A stretch of DNA of 64,000 nucleotides from contig NC_047033.1 of NCBI RefSeq assembly GCF_902652985.1, positions 10,106,001 through 10,170,000 of the forward strand, in the 5' to 3' direction. Position numbers and translations under genes: made by a program. The notes beneath the pieces are model-generated. The model did not search any database, was not told the origin of the DNA, and worked only from the letters and a program-made list of their open reading frames with translations. Within the stretch, counting starts at the first letter, position 1, and the number at the start of each line of letters is the position of its first letter. This stretch comes from Pecten maximus. Taxonomy: Eukaryota. Of the stretch, positions 40,877 to 55,078 are shown in pieces.

Positions 40877-41303
40877 ATAGAGGATATCTAACAGAGTTTT
40901 CAGTAATACCAAATATATTTCACGAGTGGGGCTAATATTTTGATATTTTTCACGAGTGCGCAGCACGAGTGAAAAATATCTAAATATTAGCCTCACGAGT
41001 GAAATATATTTGGTATTACTGAAGACACTGTTAGATATTCTGTTTATTACATTTTTTATCAACGAAAAACCTACCCAGTATGCTAACTAGTCCTACAGCG
41101 ATAAGTTGTAACAAAAAATGTAGTTCCCCCTGTCCAGGTGCTGAGATCTATGTCGGGCTTTCTGATTGGTCAATTATTTTGGTATTTTCTCATCATTAAT
41201 TTGATTGGTCAAATCAGCAAAAGTGATATTTTTCACTAGTGAAAAATATAACTTTTATAGAATGAATAATTTTTGATATTTCACTGGTAAAAATGTAATA
41301 AAT
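40877..41303 (+). mobile_element. Hairpin-headed non-autonomous element, copy 1 (~160-bp palindrome plus unique tail)
   Basis: 40881-41041 is a near-perfect inverted repeat with apex GCGCAGC. The whole element recurs inverted at 42365-42694. Confidence 0.85.
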
Positions 41304-41304
41304 A

Positions 41305-41472
41305 ACCTTCTTTCTGGTAGAACTGACTTGACAAACTTTATGAAATTCTGTAATTATCAATTCTCCTCCAACTGGTATAATTTAAAGACAATATACTCAC
41401 AGGTTTTGCAACAAATTAGAAATGAAATTGTCTTTAATCAAGTGATTAAGCTAATCACCTTTTGAACAACTG
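41305..41472 (+). mobile_element. Right half of a Harbinger-type MITE
   Basis: atcaagtgattaagctaatcaccttttgaacaactg and ctggtagaactgacttga match the MITE at 57581-57754. Confidence 0.65.
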
Positions 41473-42364
41473 ATCTTTAATAACACTTTGATGTTCTTCT
41501 AATGGTAAAAAATGAGAAAATAAAAACTGGTATATTAGTTGATTTCAAATTGTATGCTATAATCATATTATAGAGATTTAAATCTTAACTCCGACACAAA
41601 CTCGTTTTATCTTGATGAATAGCTGAACGCCATCATTTACTTTTAATTAATAAGTTCCCGTTTGTCTGCGTGACTTTTGGAGTGTGGATCTGTACCTCAA
41701 TCAAACACATTACACTCATACACCTCGTTCTCATGTCTTTGCAAAAAATAATTACATTTAAAGCCATTTAGCATTCAACAACTCGACAAATCTCGCAGCA
41801 GGTTGAAACCACAAGCTTATCGCTTACTAAAAATAGCCCTCGAGATTTATCTCTTCTCTTGTATTTGATAATGATGAAAAAATATTGATGACGAGGATCA
41901 TTCCTAATAAAAACCACTCAAGATGATAACCTATAGCGCGAATCGAGTCAGATGATTAGGACTTTGTGGGGCATTGGATGTGAACATCCGATTTATAGAG
42001 TAATATCAAAACAACTAAATGAAATAAATCACGATGATTTCGAAACAAGACAAATTGTACAGATCAATGACAACCATTGGTGTAATTTATTTCAGCGCAT
42101 GCGTGTGCTCTATTTCATACCGAGCAAAGGATTAAATTAAACGCCCGTGCTATTTTTAATCTGATGAAGTGATATGTCCTATTGTGTGAATGTGATCAAT
42201 CTTATCACTTGAATATGAAGGAGAATTTTCACGTATTGGATTAGGTTTTTTTGCTCGTTTATTGCGTTTTATTTGTTTTCCCATAGCCCCCATATATTAA
42301 ATCAGGATGACTTCAACTGTGACAACCTTCAGTTTGAAATTCTTTCCGTTACTAAATAAAACCG

Positions 42365-42694
42365 TTTATTACATTTTTACCAGTGAAATATCAAAAATTA
42401 CTAGTGAAAAATATCATATTTTTCACATCACCTGGACAGGGGAAACTACTTTTTTTTGTATGCAAACTTTCGCTGTAGGCCTAGTTAGCATACGGGGTAG
42501 GTTTTTCGTTGATAAAAAATGTAATAAACAGAATATCTAACAGTGTCTTCAGTAATACCAAATATATTTCACTCGTGTGGCTAATATTTTGATATTTTTC
42601 ACGAGTGCACAGCACGAGTGAAAAATATCAAAATATTAGCCCCACTCGTGAAATATATTTGGTATTACTGAAGACACTGTTAGATATCCTCTAT
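42365..42694 (-). mobile_element. Hairpin-headed non-autonomous element, copy 2 (inverted, internal deletion in tail)
   Basis: Reverse complement of 40877-41303. Confidence 0.85.
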
Positions 42695-44011
42695 TTCCTG
42701 ATGCTTAACGCCTCTACCGCCCGTGTTATCACGAGGAATGTCGCCAATTTGCGCGGGACATCAACATCAGTGGTGCCATACTACTGAATACTGTCACGCT
42801 ATCTATGACGTTATCAGTGATAACACGCCGAAATGTTGTCAATCTACGTGTGACGTCATCAGTGATGACATCATATACATATATTTACATTTTCACTTCG
42901 CTCCGCCTCAATGAACATAGTAAACTCATTTCACTTCATTTCCCGTTGAAGATTTTGGGTCGCGTGCTTCTGTTCTGAGAGACGAATCACTTTGTTGCCG
43001 GCGTGTGAATACATTCACTGAATTTACAATGGCGATCGAGTTCTGTACCGCCACAGACTTGAATGCACTTTCATTTTGTGAATTGTTTAACATTGTTATA
43101 AACGTATATAAACACAAGTGGAATAGCCGCTTTATGTGCTAATAAAAATGACAGTATAATACAGACAGTTTAGAAAACAGGATCTGACAGAACACTGACA
43201 CCCCCGATAGCACCGAGCTCATGACCTACGTAGCGCAGTAGGTCTAACGTTAGCTGTATCTCGAATGCCATGCCTTGATACCATTTTAGTGGTCACAGAA
43301 AATAAACCTCAATTTTAACACTATTTAACAACACAAAACAGACTGGTAGCAGAAGCATGCTATATCGAGAACAGGGACACATTATTGTCGTAATTTGACT
43401 CAATCTAAACATATGGAGGACACAAGTTTCCGGCCGTCGAATACCGCCAATTTTCAAATCAATGTTTCTTTACTTACTATTATCAGAATTTACATCCCAA
43501 AACGCCAGTGCGACAATGAAATCCAATATTTCAAGAACACCATGTACATCACCAGCTAACCTGCGACTAAAATCCACATTGTTACACTTTTTCTAGAGCT
43601 ATGAATATCCCAGTTATTAGACTGCATCACGTCATTTTTTTAACCGAGTCCCTGTGTCTCGAGTGACCAAATCACACACATACTATACTGTCAACAATGC
43701 ACTTTAAATTCGTATTTATATGGGTATTGCTAAGTTTTTATTATACAATATCATAAATATTTGTTATAAATGAAAATTTTACCTTGAAAATATCGTATCT
43801 ATGTGTATCAACATCGTAATAATCAAAACGTGTATGGCACTATATTTTGTGTTGCCTTGGCGACGAGAATAGTTGACTGTCTGCTGTTCCACTACTGTGC
43901 ACACATGTACGATAAGTATAACAATGTTACAAAGTGACGCACTTACGTCACACTGTTGCGACCGAATTTTGCAATCTGGTGGCGAAGTTTTAAATTTGGT
44001 TAACGTAAATA

Positions 44012-44170
44012 TAAGGATTGATTGTCAATTTTGTTGCTTGCATGGACTGATGAAGGGAAGTGAACCTCGTGCAAATGGTACATGAACTGCTTCGCAGTTC
44101 ACTTCATTTGCACGAGGTTCACTTCCCTTCATCAGTCCATGCAAGCAACAAAATTGACAATCAATCCTTA
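44012..44170. mobile_element. Perfect palindromic MITE (66-bp perfect arms, TA ends)
   Basis: 44012-44077 is the exact reverse complement of 44105-44170. There is an inner stem tgaactgc-ttc-gcagttca and TA at both ends. Confidence 0.85.
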
Positions 44171-45771
44171 AGTACGGCATGGCGCCAATCTTTCTATGAA
44201 GTCATTAGTGTTATTATGTCGAACGTCACCAATTTACTATGACGTCATCAGTGTTATTATGTCGAACGTCACCAAGTTACTATGATTTTTTTGTGATATC
44301 ATACCGAATATTTCTTCAATCGACCCGTGAGGTTATAAGTGCGACAAGTCAAATTATTTACAGTTGTCTTATATTTACGTTATTTTATGTACATGTATCT
44401 ATAAATGGTCACAATATCAAATTGAAAACCATCAGTGACTATATTTAAATAAGCTGATCTGGTTGCCTGATTAAAAAATAAATTCTAACATTTTTTTAGA
44501 AACTATTTCTACAAAAAAAAATTTAGGGGGCAAGAGTTATAAAAAGTACAGAACAAAACAGGAACAACACTTACTTGCACAACAACAAATACGGGCAGGT
44601 CACGTGATCTATAACTTATATAGACTCTTTAAAGATAATACAAGGATAAAGAACAGCCCTAGGATCGTCAGCGGAAATAACGACATCCTAACTGTCATGC
44701 CAATGTCTTAAGCAAATAAACATCTTTTCTGACATGTTATTTCATCATGCGAGCTATAATTTTCATGAATCCAATTCCCGACCATGAAATAGAAAGGTTA
44801 AGTAACCAACCGTTAAAGCCATGGACGTCAATGGACTCTAGTCATTTTCTACTAATTTCCTATATTTGGATTGACATAGATATATTATCATTACGCGTCT
44901 TAGGCTTCTGTTCTTAATAATGTGGAAATCTCGTGCGATTTGATGTATTCTTATACAAAGGAGACGTGATTAATAACCATGCGCAATGCCTAACATCCGG
45001 TTTGTCGTTGTTCTGGCCTGTGGACCGGATATGGCAGTTTCGAATGACAATTGCTTGGCAATCGGCTATTCCATATATTGGTTACAAGCACTTTTAACCA
45101 ATCAATAACGATATTACAAAAGGAGGAATTCCGCAGATATGACAGAAATAAAAAGTAAAAGAAAATCAATAATATTTATCAGTATGAGAGGATGTTATTC
45201 GTAATCATACTTCCATTCAATTAAAGATGATTTTGTTAACAACTTATATACAGTAATTTTCATCGATTTTCTTTCTTTTTGTTGACCATTATGTGTTTCA
45301 TCAATTTTCTCTTATGTGTATAGGTATTTGCTACATTTTCCTGTTATACATTATTATATATACATGGGATCAAGTAAGTTAAAACGGCGGTATGGTCCAA
45401 TATAGGTACTGGATCCTATCAAACAGATGTTCGCTGGATGCGTATTACTAGAAAAAGATCATGTGTCAAGTAGTAATAACGACAGTACAGAAAAGTAAAT
45501 TGTCGAATTTTCGAGGCAATTTGCCCCAATATCAAGACACAAGTAAATTACAAACGATCACATATAGACATAGAACATGGAACAGTGTATTTATTAAAAA
45601 TATCGTTTTAAGTATACATAACACATGTAAATACATCTTTGTTTTAATCATTATTTGAAATCAAACAGGCGTGTTTCAGTTAAGGGATACTTTAAAGATA
45701 TAGATATACCAAAATGTCTATACCTTGAAACTCAGTTAACTCGTATCCTTTTGACGAAAAATTAAATAGAA

Positions 45772-45806
<35 letters not shown>
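45772..45806 (+). repeat. Poly-G tract (35 nt)
   Basis: Direct inspection. Confidence 0.95.
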
Positions 45807-45807
<1 letters not shown>

Positions 45808-46210
45808 TTTATACTCTCTGTCAAATCGGAAAAAGTACTTGATTATTAATTCCAAATAATTGATTTATTCGTCGGCAAATTTTAACAGGTAAATATGACT
45901 ATATAAAAAGGAAGTTGCACTTTACCAATTTAGCCAAAAAAGTCTTTTCAATCAAAAGGAAACATGTGGAAAAAGGGATATTATAAATCTTCATGATTAC
46001 TCTTCAGTGTCATGAATTTGCAAAACAAAACAAAAATGAAAAATTAATAAATGAAAAAAAAGAGAGAGAAAGAGAGACAGTGAGAAAAAAAAAAGGTTTT
46101 TGAGCCTTAAATCTTGATAAATCAGGTCCCTGCATAAGCGAAGGCCAAAATGGATGTATTACCAAGTAAGGTATTAGAAAACTAAAACAGCAATGTGTAT
46201 TCGAAATGTT

Positions 46211-46392
46211 GGGACGGATGCAACAGATTTCACCTAGGCGGCCGGGGTTCGATTCCCCAATCGGAGGTGAAAAGGTATGAGGTCACCTGCTCGACCACGT
46301 GGGTTTTTCCCGGGTACTGCGGTTTCCTCCCACAGTAAGACCCCTCGCCCGCTTCCAACAAGGCCATCAAGCGTGATTAATATAAGTTGATA
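46211..46392 (+). mobile_element. tRNA-derived SINE (V-domain type)
   Basis: B-box ggttcgattcc and core gtgggtttttcccgggtactgcggtttcctcccac; homologous to 23066-23310. Confidence 0.85.
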
Positions 46393-48861
46393 CAGTATAT
46401 AGAGGTTACACAACAATTACGAGTCGTGTGACCTGTTTTACCATAATAATATCGGCTTGAATCAAAGGGAAACGTGGCCAAGTATAATTTCGCGTATGCA
46501 GATAAAGAGTACCGCTGACGTCCGGGACCCGGTTATGTGACGTCATTCGATTATTGATGACGTCAAGAACACTTGCAGCTTGGGCCAAAGTTTGAATTCT
46601 TGACCAATCAAAAGACCGGAAGGTCATATGCCACAAGTGGTATATGACATTATATTTATCCAACAGTCGGCACATTTATACAATGGCCTGAGAGTGGAAT
46701 AACACAGCGTATTGTTGTAGAAAACTTGTTTCACAAAAGAAATAAAGTTTATAAATCAGGTCATGAATTCCATTTCTTCCAGACTTCGTGATTGACTTAA
46801 AGACACCTATATGCCACCAAGAAAATGTTCTTAGATTTGTACTAATGACACGAGAGTGGGTAACTTATTTACGATAAATGATTACCGAACGAACCCAGAC
46901 GTTATTATCCTATCTATCCACGGTGTAATCTCGGGTTATCTTGTCTAGGATGAACGTGGGATTTAACGAGCGTCTGGGGTAGTCTTAATTGGTCTAGAAG
47001 GCAGGTGTTTGGAAATATTGTCTAATGAAATGGTCATCACAGGTAAGGTTATATATAACATCCATATATCAGACACTATATCTGGCTCGTCAGCTGATCT
47101 GTGATATATCAATGGTACTGTTGTTTTATATTTCTTTTTGAAAAGTACATCCAACATCTGGAAGATAACGCAAGTAAAAACTGTTAAAAATCTATAAAGA
47201 TATCAAAAATATATCGAGACTTTAAGTATGTACATATAGCCAACACTGGTTTTCAATAAACCGTTAAATCCTCTATCGTTTCTTGGACAAAACCCAATTG
47301 CTTAAGGAAGCATGGACATTGGTTCCCCGTGTGATGTTCAGTGAAGTAGTCATCAGCTACCACTATGGGATCCCGTTTAAAAATAGCTATTCACAGGCTA
47401 ACACGGCAAGCAATCCCATGCTTAAATATTGAGATCGGACATATTGTTGGCAGTCTGAATGGAATGGGTTTCAATGAAGTAGTCACCAACTACTACAATA
47501 AGTTCCTACCGTAAAATGTTAAACTGTTTTTTGTGTTAACCCGTGGCTGTTCATGAGCTCACACAGCAAACAATTAAACATTTTTAATTTGGGATAGGAT
47601 TTATTTTTATAGTAATGTTATAGTGAGATTTGTTTTATGATAAACGTGACATGTTACGAAGAGACAAAATTAGTCTTAACCTAAACAAATGCGACAATCG
47701 ATATCCTCACCTGAAATCCACCCGCTCGGATGATTGCAATCGAACGCATTGTAAATACATTTGTCATCTTTATTCGAACGCGCCGGTTGGAAGCCAAATG
47801 CTAAATCTGGATCCCCCAGGCGCACTTTCGACCAGCTGGTCACACTTGTATACCGAGTATTAATATCATATCGACTCTTTGTTCACCCGATCATCTGTCA
47901 ATATATCGACTAATGTCATAACCCGAAGTACTTCATCACCAGTACGTTCCGACGCCATGACAGGAGGCATGTTTACAATTTTATCCGCAATTACGTGTTA
48001 TTGACCAGCCATGTATAGGTCGAGTCGACTATATATAATGTTGGGTTTAAAAAAGGAGCTGCTGGTATACATTGATCACTTAAAAAACTGTTAATCTGTT
48101 TTAGGAAGTTTGTAAATCAAAAACCTGCTACAGTACACTACATCACTTTCGCCCTCGCCATTTCTTTTTTCCTAAAGTCATCGTTCTTAAAAAATGGAAC
48201 CAGCTGCATGGATTGTATATGCCACACGTGACCTTTAAAATGTCAGTTTTTGAATGATAAATGAAAGTTAACTTGCAACCTGTTTCAAATGTTGATATGA
48301 ATCAGACTTATTGTTTAATTTAAACATCATGAAAGTCAGTAGGATAAGTACCGGATGTGACGTTTAGATTTTATAAATGTAATTCATAATTCCTAACTTA
48401 TTTTTTTTGTGTGGGTTCCACACAGGAAACAGTATACACCAGGGAACTTTTTAACTTAATTATTTGACAATTAAAATATGTATTCTACTTTATGTCTTCT
48501 GGTGTGTGGAACGTACAGTCACAGACACTTGCTAAAATTTAGCTATCTCTTTGTAATTACTTTATCCGGTTTTTATCTTAATGTTTAAGATACCTTATGA
48601 TGGTGTATTCTGTATATAGAATATATTGCATTTAGTCTCTCATTTATAAATAAAGGTTTCAATTATAGTCTTCTGAAACATTTTCACATACTACGTTTTT
48701 ATGTTATACGTCTATTCTCAATATAATTCTATACTGGATACATTTGCTAATTGTTAAATTGTAAGAACCCTATACATGAAATACTCACCAAAATATCAAC
48801 TGGAGTTTTGTAAGTTACTGGACGCATATCGGTCGTAATTTCTACGGGTGGATAATCCAAA

Positions 48862-48992
48862 AATCACAGGTAAACCACGTTAATCAAAGGTAAATCACAG
48901 GTAAATCACGGGTAAACCACGTTAATCAAAGGTAAATCACGTGAATCACAGGTAAATCACGGGTAAATCACATTAATCACAGATAAATCACC
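48862..48992. repeat. Short minisatellite (aatcacaggta / aatcacgt variants)
   Basis: Direct inspection. Confidence 0.85.
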
Positions 48993-50429
48993 GATATACA
49001 ATCCACACCTTACAGCAGGCTCAGTGCTCATTGGTAATGAGTACTAGATATGAAATTACAGGTAAATAAAAAAAATATCGTTACAGGTAATCAAGAAAGG
49101 CTGTGTTATATTTACGAACACTTTTGCCTCATCCTCGATATCGAAATGCATATACTCATTCCATGAAATCAATTTATGTAAACACTAATCCAGTGATGCA
49201 TAATCACCATAACTACATCATTAGTATTAATGATAAATGTCAAAAAAAATTATCCAGGAACATCTACAAAATCCAAGAGATTTGTTCCAGGCAGCTCTTC
49301 AATAGGTAATTATGTAGAGTTTTCACAACACCGTCACCATATTTGAATGAAAAGTACAATAATTCCGAAAGATATAAATGATATACGATGAGTCAAACAC
49401 ACCTGACCTTTTCGACAATAATCGCTAGTCAAAAGAGCGTATATCAGGATGCTGCGATATAGATATTGACATTTAAGGTGAAACATATACATGTACGTAA
49501 GAGTTCGCTCCAGTTTTCACAGATGATAATCACATACAATCAAACTAACATGTGTCATACATGTCACTAATCAAGGACGATGTTTAATGATAAACACGGG
49601 GACAGGTTCGGACAAACACGTGGTGATGGACATCTGGGATTTGTATAGGTCTGACCAATCACGGGGAATTTGCCGTAACGACCTGATAGGGATCGTACCT
49701 TGGTGCTTTATGAATTAGTAAAGATCTCATCACGAATACCTATTTTTCAATTAAGGTATTGTGAAACTGTTACACAATGTTATTTACTTTGTCATTAATA
49801 TTCTTATTGACAATCGTCATGTAACCAGGTGAAAATAAGTACACGTGTTTTTCAAAAACACCATTTCAGTGATTTCATTATTGTTTATGTACACATTTTT
49901 GCATTCATCATGATAGTATCGATTAGTGACGTAAATGTGATTCATAAATGATATAATTTATTATTAAAATGTATCGCTATAAATACAAAATAGTCTCTTG
50001 GTGTATGCGTGCTTCGTGACCATTCAACATTTCTATGTAATGTATATCGATAATTCAAGTAAAGTTTCTGAACTTTTAGCATCTGACGTATTAACACCGG
50101 TAAAAAAAAACATCGGGACATGAACATATTTACCGTAACAGACAAAAGGGACAAAATACAGGCAACGTAGCAGTTAAGCGTCTGTGTGATAGAACAAGAG
50201 TTGTATTGACCAAGATTTCTACGTCGATAACAACAGATTTGCCGGACTCGGCATATTAGCAGGCCAATTGGTGCCATCGATTAGTTAGCCTATTAAAGAG
50301 AGGAGTGTATAGGGCGGTGACCAATGAGATCGATATATTGATGAAATTTTTATATCTTAACAGGTGGTCGTATATAAACGGGCTGGAGACCAGAACTTCA
50401 TCATATCCTACTGTCATATAGTTTTGTCA

Positions 50430-50735
50430 GTCGTAGCGGAAACAACAACGAAGAAGGACCGGTTATCAAACTCGTGAAGTATGACGTAAACACCGAAGGA
50501 GGGGAACTGGTTATTAGACTCGTGAAGGTTGGCGGAAACACCGACGAAGAGGAACCGGTTATCAGACTCGTGAAAGTTGGCGGGAACACCGACGGGGATG
50601 AACGGGGCCAGACTCGTGAAGGTTGGCGGAAACACCGACGAAGAGGAACCGGTTATCAGACTCGTGGAGATTGCCGGGAACACCGACGTAGAGGAACCGG
50701 TTATCAGACACGTGATGGGTGGCGGAAACATCAAT
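50430..50735. repeat. 48-bp GC-rich minisatellite (~6 units)
   Basis: Unit cagactcgtgaaggttggcggaaacaccgacgaagaggaaccggttat; one unit has a 2-nt deletion. Confidence 0.9.
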
Positions 50736-52814
50736 GGATAGGGGGAAGTGGTGGGATTACATGAATTAAATGGAGGGGCTAATGTAACTGATTTAAGATC
50801 ATCAGAAAGTTATATAAATTTATCAAGCTAAAATCATATTAGCATTTCTAAATAAATATTATTCTATCTGTTTGATGGGCATTTCATTTTTACCTTAATA
50901 CTTCATGTTTTCATGTTTTTAAATTTCATTTTGGTCAACAGTTCATCGTTCAGGCATGATTACGACAACAACAAAAACATCTGTATCATAAATGTACGTT
51001 ACTTTAACAAATGCAACAATCAAATAAAATGCAGTACACGAATTCACCTAGCCAGCCCGAATGAATTGTCTCTTCTTATCTTTCCCCTGGTTATCTTTCA
51101 CCGCTTCCCTCGCCTTCTTTTCGTTTCTATGGGAATTCGAATATTACGTGTTTAAAATTGTGTCATCACGAGTTATCTGTAATCATTGTGTACTGTAGGG
51201 ATGGGAAGTGGCCTTGTAAGAACTTAGGCCCAATCCCTTTGATGTCTTGTCAATACAATATGCTTCACTGAGGAATTTAGCAAAGACTTTCGGTAATTAT
51301 GAATCAAAGTACTGAGAGTACTGGCATATAATTATGAAATTCTGAAAAAAAAAATGCAAATTTGTCCTCTGTGACCTTTGAAAGGGTTGAAGGTTCGTTG
51401 GACAAACTCAACAGCTAGTCAGCTTAGCAAGCTACATGTCATATATCATCACCCTAGGCCTTAAGTCACTTGTGTATCCTACGCTATTATGATGTTGAAA
51501 GTAACGGAAACCTCGAGCGTCTGCATAAAACAACCATGTTTAGTGTGCACATTCTATCATAAACAGCGGTAGTTAGAATTGTTTTCCATTTGAACACAAG
51601 TAATGTTTTCGATTATTGATCATTGTTTGCAAATTAATAAGTAGCAATGGTAAGAAATAGATGTTGTATTTTTTTCGTGAACATTCCCAGACCAATTTGA
51701 AAAAAGAATATTCCGTAGCCAATAAAAATGGCAGGATCGATAGCCCTGACCAGTCGTTGCATTTTCTAAGCGAAGCCTAGCGTAGAGTAGCATAAAGTAA
51801 AAGTAGAAAAAACCATGGTAAACAATCCCGTCTGTTCATAACGTAAAAAATGACCCCCCCCCCCCTGTTTGTAACGTCGCATTTGATTGGCTGATAAAGC
51901 AGCGTAATACTTTTTTAAACAAAAGAGTTCGTCAATAAATTTTTATTCCCAGGGATGGGTTATTTTTTTGCGGTTGATTGAGAGTAAACACATAACACAA
52001 ATATTTATATATTCAAGTCAATCCTTAATTAGATTTTTTGAGCATGACGTCATGGCGGCCAAATTGAGTTTTGATCAACTTGAAAATGCGTTCTGTATCA
52101 TGCCATTTATGAATCATTAAGTATTAAGCACTGTTCTATATGTATATAGGGTTTGCAAACAAAATGTTATGATTAAGTTATGCAATACATGTACGTACAT
52201 TGTACGCAGACAAAAGGTCGAGCAGACATGAGACCCTAATTATAAAAAAAATGCGATTTTAGTCTCATTGATCCGTGTTCAAATTTATATATTCACATGT
52301 GCGGTACCCAAAACAATTGAAAGGACTATTCAAAGTCTGTGCCACCGTTGAAAGATAGTAGCGGCTTCGTACCGATTCTGCTAGGGGGTGCAGTGGTCTC
52401 TTACGCTCAATCTGTAGAGCTTCGGATTACTTAGCCAGGAGTCCTTGGTTCGTTCTCGAGCAAAGACATTGAAATAATTATCATTATGACCTTTGCTACA
52501 TGTACCTATAAAGTTGAATGCAGTCATGCATTTGTACTCCTTACATAAAACAATTTTCGGAATAACGCCGTCTCTTAGATTTCAAAATGTGAGTGACAGA
52601 TTTTTGTTTTGATGTATCGAAATTTTGAAGTAATAAACGTTTGAAAAATGTAATGTTCCCGGATATTTGATATTTGATGGCGAAATACTCTTTTCTGTGA
52701 TTAATCACATCATGAACTTTTAGTTTTCAATGAACTTCCGGTTGTCAAAATATGCATGATACTAAATTTTCTGTATTTGATGCATTAAGGTCCTTTGTAG
52801 ACGACTGTTTTTGG

Positions 52815-53105
52815 GCACATGTCTATGAAGTGTACATGTTTAAGTCATATATGTCTATGGAACGTACAATTTTAAGAAGAAAATGTCTATGAAACTGCAA
52901 TTTTAAGGGATGTATCTGTATCGCTATGAAACTGTTTTTTTTTCTAAATCATACGTCAATGACAATTATTTACAATTTTAAAGGATTTGTCTATAAGATA
53001 TGCAATTTTAAGGCATATATGTATATGAAACTACAACTATTTGAAGGCATGCATTGTATAGTTAAAAACTGTATAATTTGTATGGCATATGTCTATGAAA
53101 CTGTC
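52815..53105. repeat. Degenerate ~31-bp tandem repeat (atgtctatgaaactgtacaattttaagg)
   Basis: Recurrent tgtctatg..aattttaag motif. Confidence 0.75.
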
Positions 53106-54638
53106 CAGTTTCCGTGGGAGCTTATTTTTGTGGTTTTTTTTTTGTGTGTTTTTTTTTTTTTTAATTCATAAAGAGAATTCTCATAGGAATATCGGCTTAA
53201 CCGAATGTGACAGGATTATAATTAGGGGTATGACTTCAAACAAAACATCCACATGCCGTTTAAGATTGTCTTAATTTTGTTTTATACAGTATGTGTGCAA
53301 ACCATGCGAAAGGAATGTTCTCAGCATGAGTTTATGGATATTGCACCACCGGAGTTTCATAGGTATCCCTGTGGATCTCGATGTGACAATTTTCCAAATC
53401 CAGTTAAGTCAACGACAATTTGGAAACGAAGACACAGCCCTTTGACTGATATCTCTATCTTCTCCGTGTGACATACGATTCGTTAAAGAGTCCACTCACG
53501 AGAAATGCTTTCTCTATGGGTCCAATGGGACTTGTTCCAATTCTTGTTCGACTGACCTGGAAGATTCTTGTCTTTCCGAAAAGATATCCAAAACAGTCGT
53601 TCAACGACTGTAAACGAACCTGGTAATCGTTGCATCTACGAAAGTAGTGATGTTTGAATAATTAAAATTGAAGAGAAAAAAACCTTTCGGATATGTTCAC
53701 ATCCAATATTTAACGTGACTAAATTTTCCACGAGAGATTTATAAAACAACGCGAGATTAGGCGACACATACTCTCACGACAAACTAATTTCTGAGGGGTT
53801 TCGATAATTCGGAACAAAAGTACAGAAATACATATATGTGCCCTACGACAATGGCAAATTAGGTCTCCATATGGTAGCTGGTTGTCGCACAATCGAAGTA
53901 ATTATTGAGTTTAACGGTAATTAGCTTCCGGGAATGATTTTTTGATTGATACTTAAAACATTGTTTATACTCATAAGCGTTCTCCGTGGATGTATTCATT
54001 AACACGTTCCACCTCCGCTTGAGCAGTTTACATAAATAATTGTGTTTGAACAAATAATACTGTTCCCGTATGCTGACAACGTTTACAGTACATTTCAGGT
54101 TAAAGTACACGTAATACCTACATAGGCATTATCCTATTATCAATTATTCTATCATCATTTTGAAGATCAATCAAAAGCATATTATAACATATCATATTAT
54201 AAATCTGGAGACTATGATTTTAACTGTCAGATTATTGGCGTTTATTTGTATGACAAATGACATTTTATGTTGACAAGTGTTGTTTACTAAAGCAGTTGCC
54301 ATGACAACTGCTCTGGGAAATCATACCGGATGACTAAAATTAATCCTGGAAGTAATCATGAGTGAGACAAATTGAACCCGAATTTGGAGGGAAGGAAATT
54401 CGTAGATTTATCTGAAACCGTAAAAGATCATTGGAGATTGTTTTATATTCCATTTTCCAATTCTGGCAGACTGAATTTTAGACGATTTTGTCAACATGTA
54501 GAAGTTAAGAATTGTACATGCTGGTGTTCCTGTACCGGTAGAGGAAATTTCCCTAAATTATCTTGAATAACGTCATCAATTTCTACACGTGAACGCGTTT
54601 ATTTATCTAAGACGTTGTATGTGAAGGTGTACCCGTAA

Positions 54639-54755
54639 GGGACCAGTTTCATTTCAGAATTTAAACGGGGGTTCTTTATCTAAGATTTTCCCCTTAAATT
54701 CTGCAATGGGAATTTTGAAGTTAAGGAATTTTCTTAAGTAAATGAAACTGGAGCC
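54639..54755. mobile_element. Small PIF/Harbinger-type MITE
   Basis: TIRs gggaccagtttcattt / aaatgaaactggagcc. Confidence 0.6.
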
Positions 54756-55078
54756 TGGTAACTTATATCCCTTTACATAAACACTATATCTAATAACTGA
54801 GAGTTCTGTTGCGCAAAAACGTATTAAGAATTGATTAAGGACATTGTAACTTTAGTATAATATATACTGACTATGTGTATTAAGTTTAACTTGTATCACT
54901 TCCTCCAATTGTCCAGTTGATTTAACTGACATATTAACTTGGTCATATGAATCTTGATATCTGGTAATGAAACGGACATTTATATGTTAAATGTAATAAA
55001 GTTAATATATGCTTCAACTGTATTTTTAGAACGTTTCTATTGACAAATATCAGACATTCAATATTTATTCCTAAATTG

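Noticed and set aside
42850-42876. tcatcagtgatgacatcata resembling the ribozyme satellite
   Set aside because: Short match without stem III or GAAA; part of local tgacgtca-rich repeats
47630-47655. FYDKRD motif resembling PLE LYDKRD
   Set aside because: Six-residue match only, with no supporting flanking motifs
52383-52470. tRNA gene
   Set aside because: It has degenerate A/B-box-like motifs but no complete cloverleaf; probably a decayed SINE head
53290-53633. Possible exon YVCKPCERNVLSMSLWILHHRSF (C2H2-like spacing) after a ttttatacag acceptor
   Set aside because: The second His and conserved hydrophobic residues are missing, an in-frame stop follows, and no partner exons are recognisable
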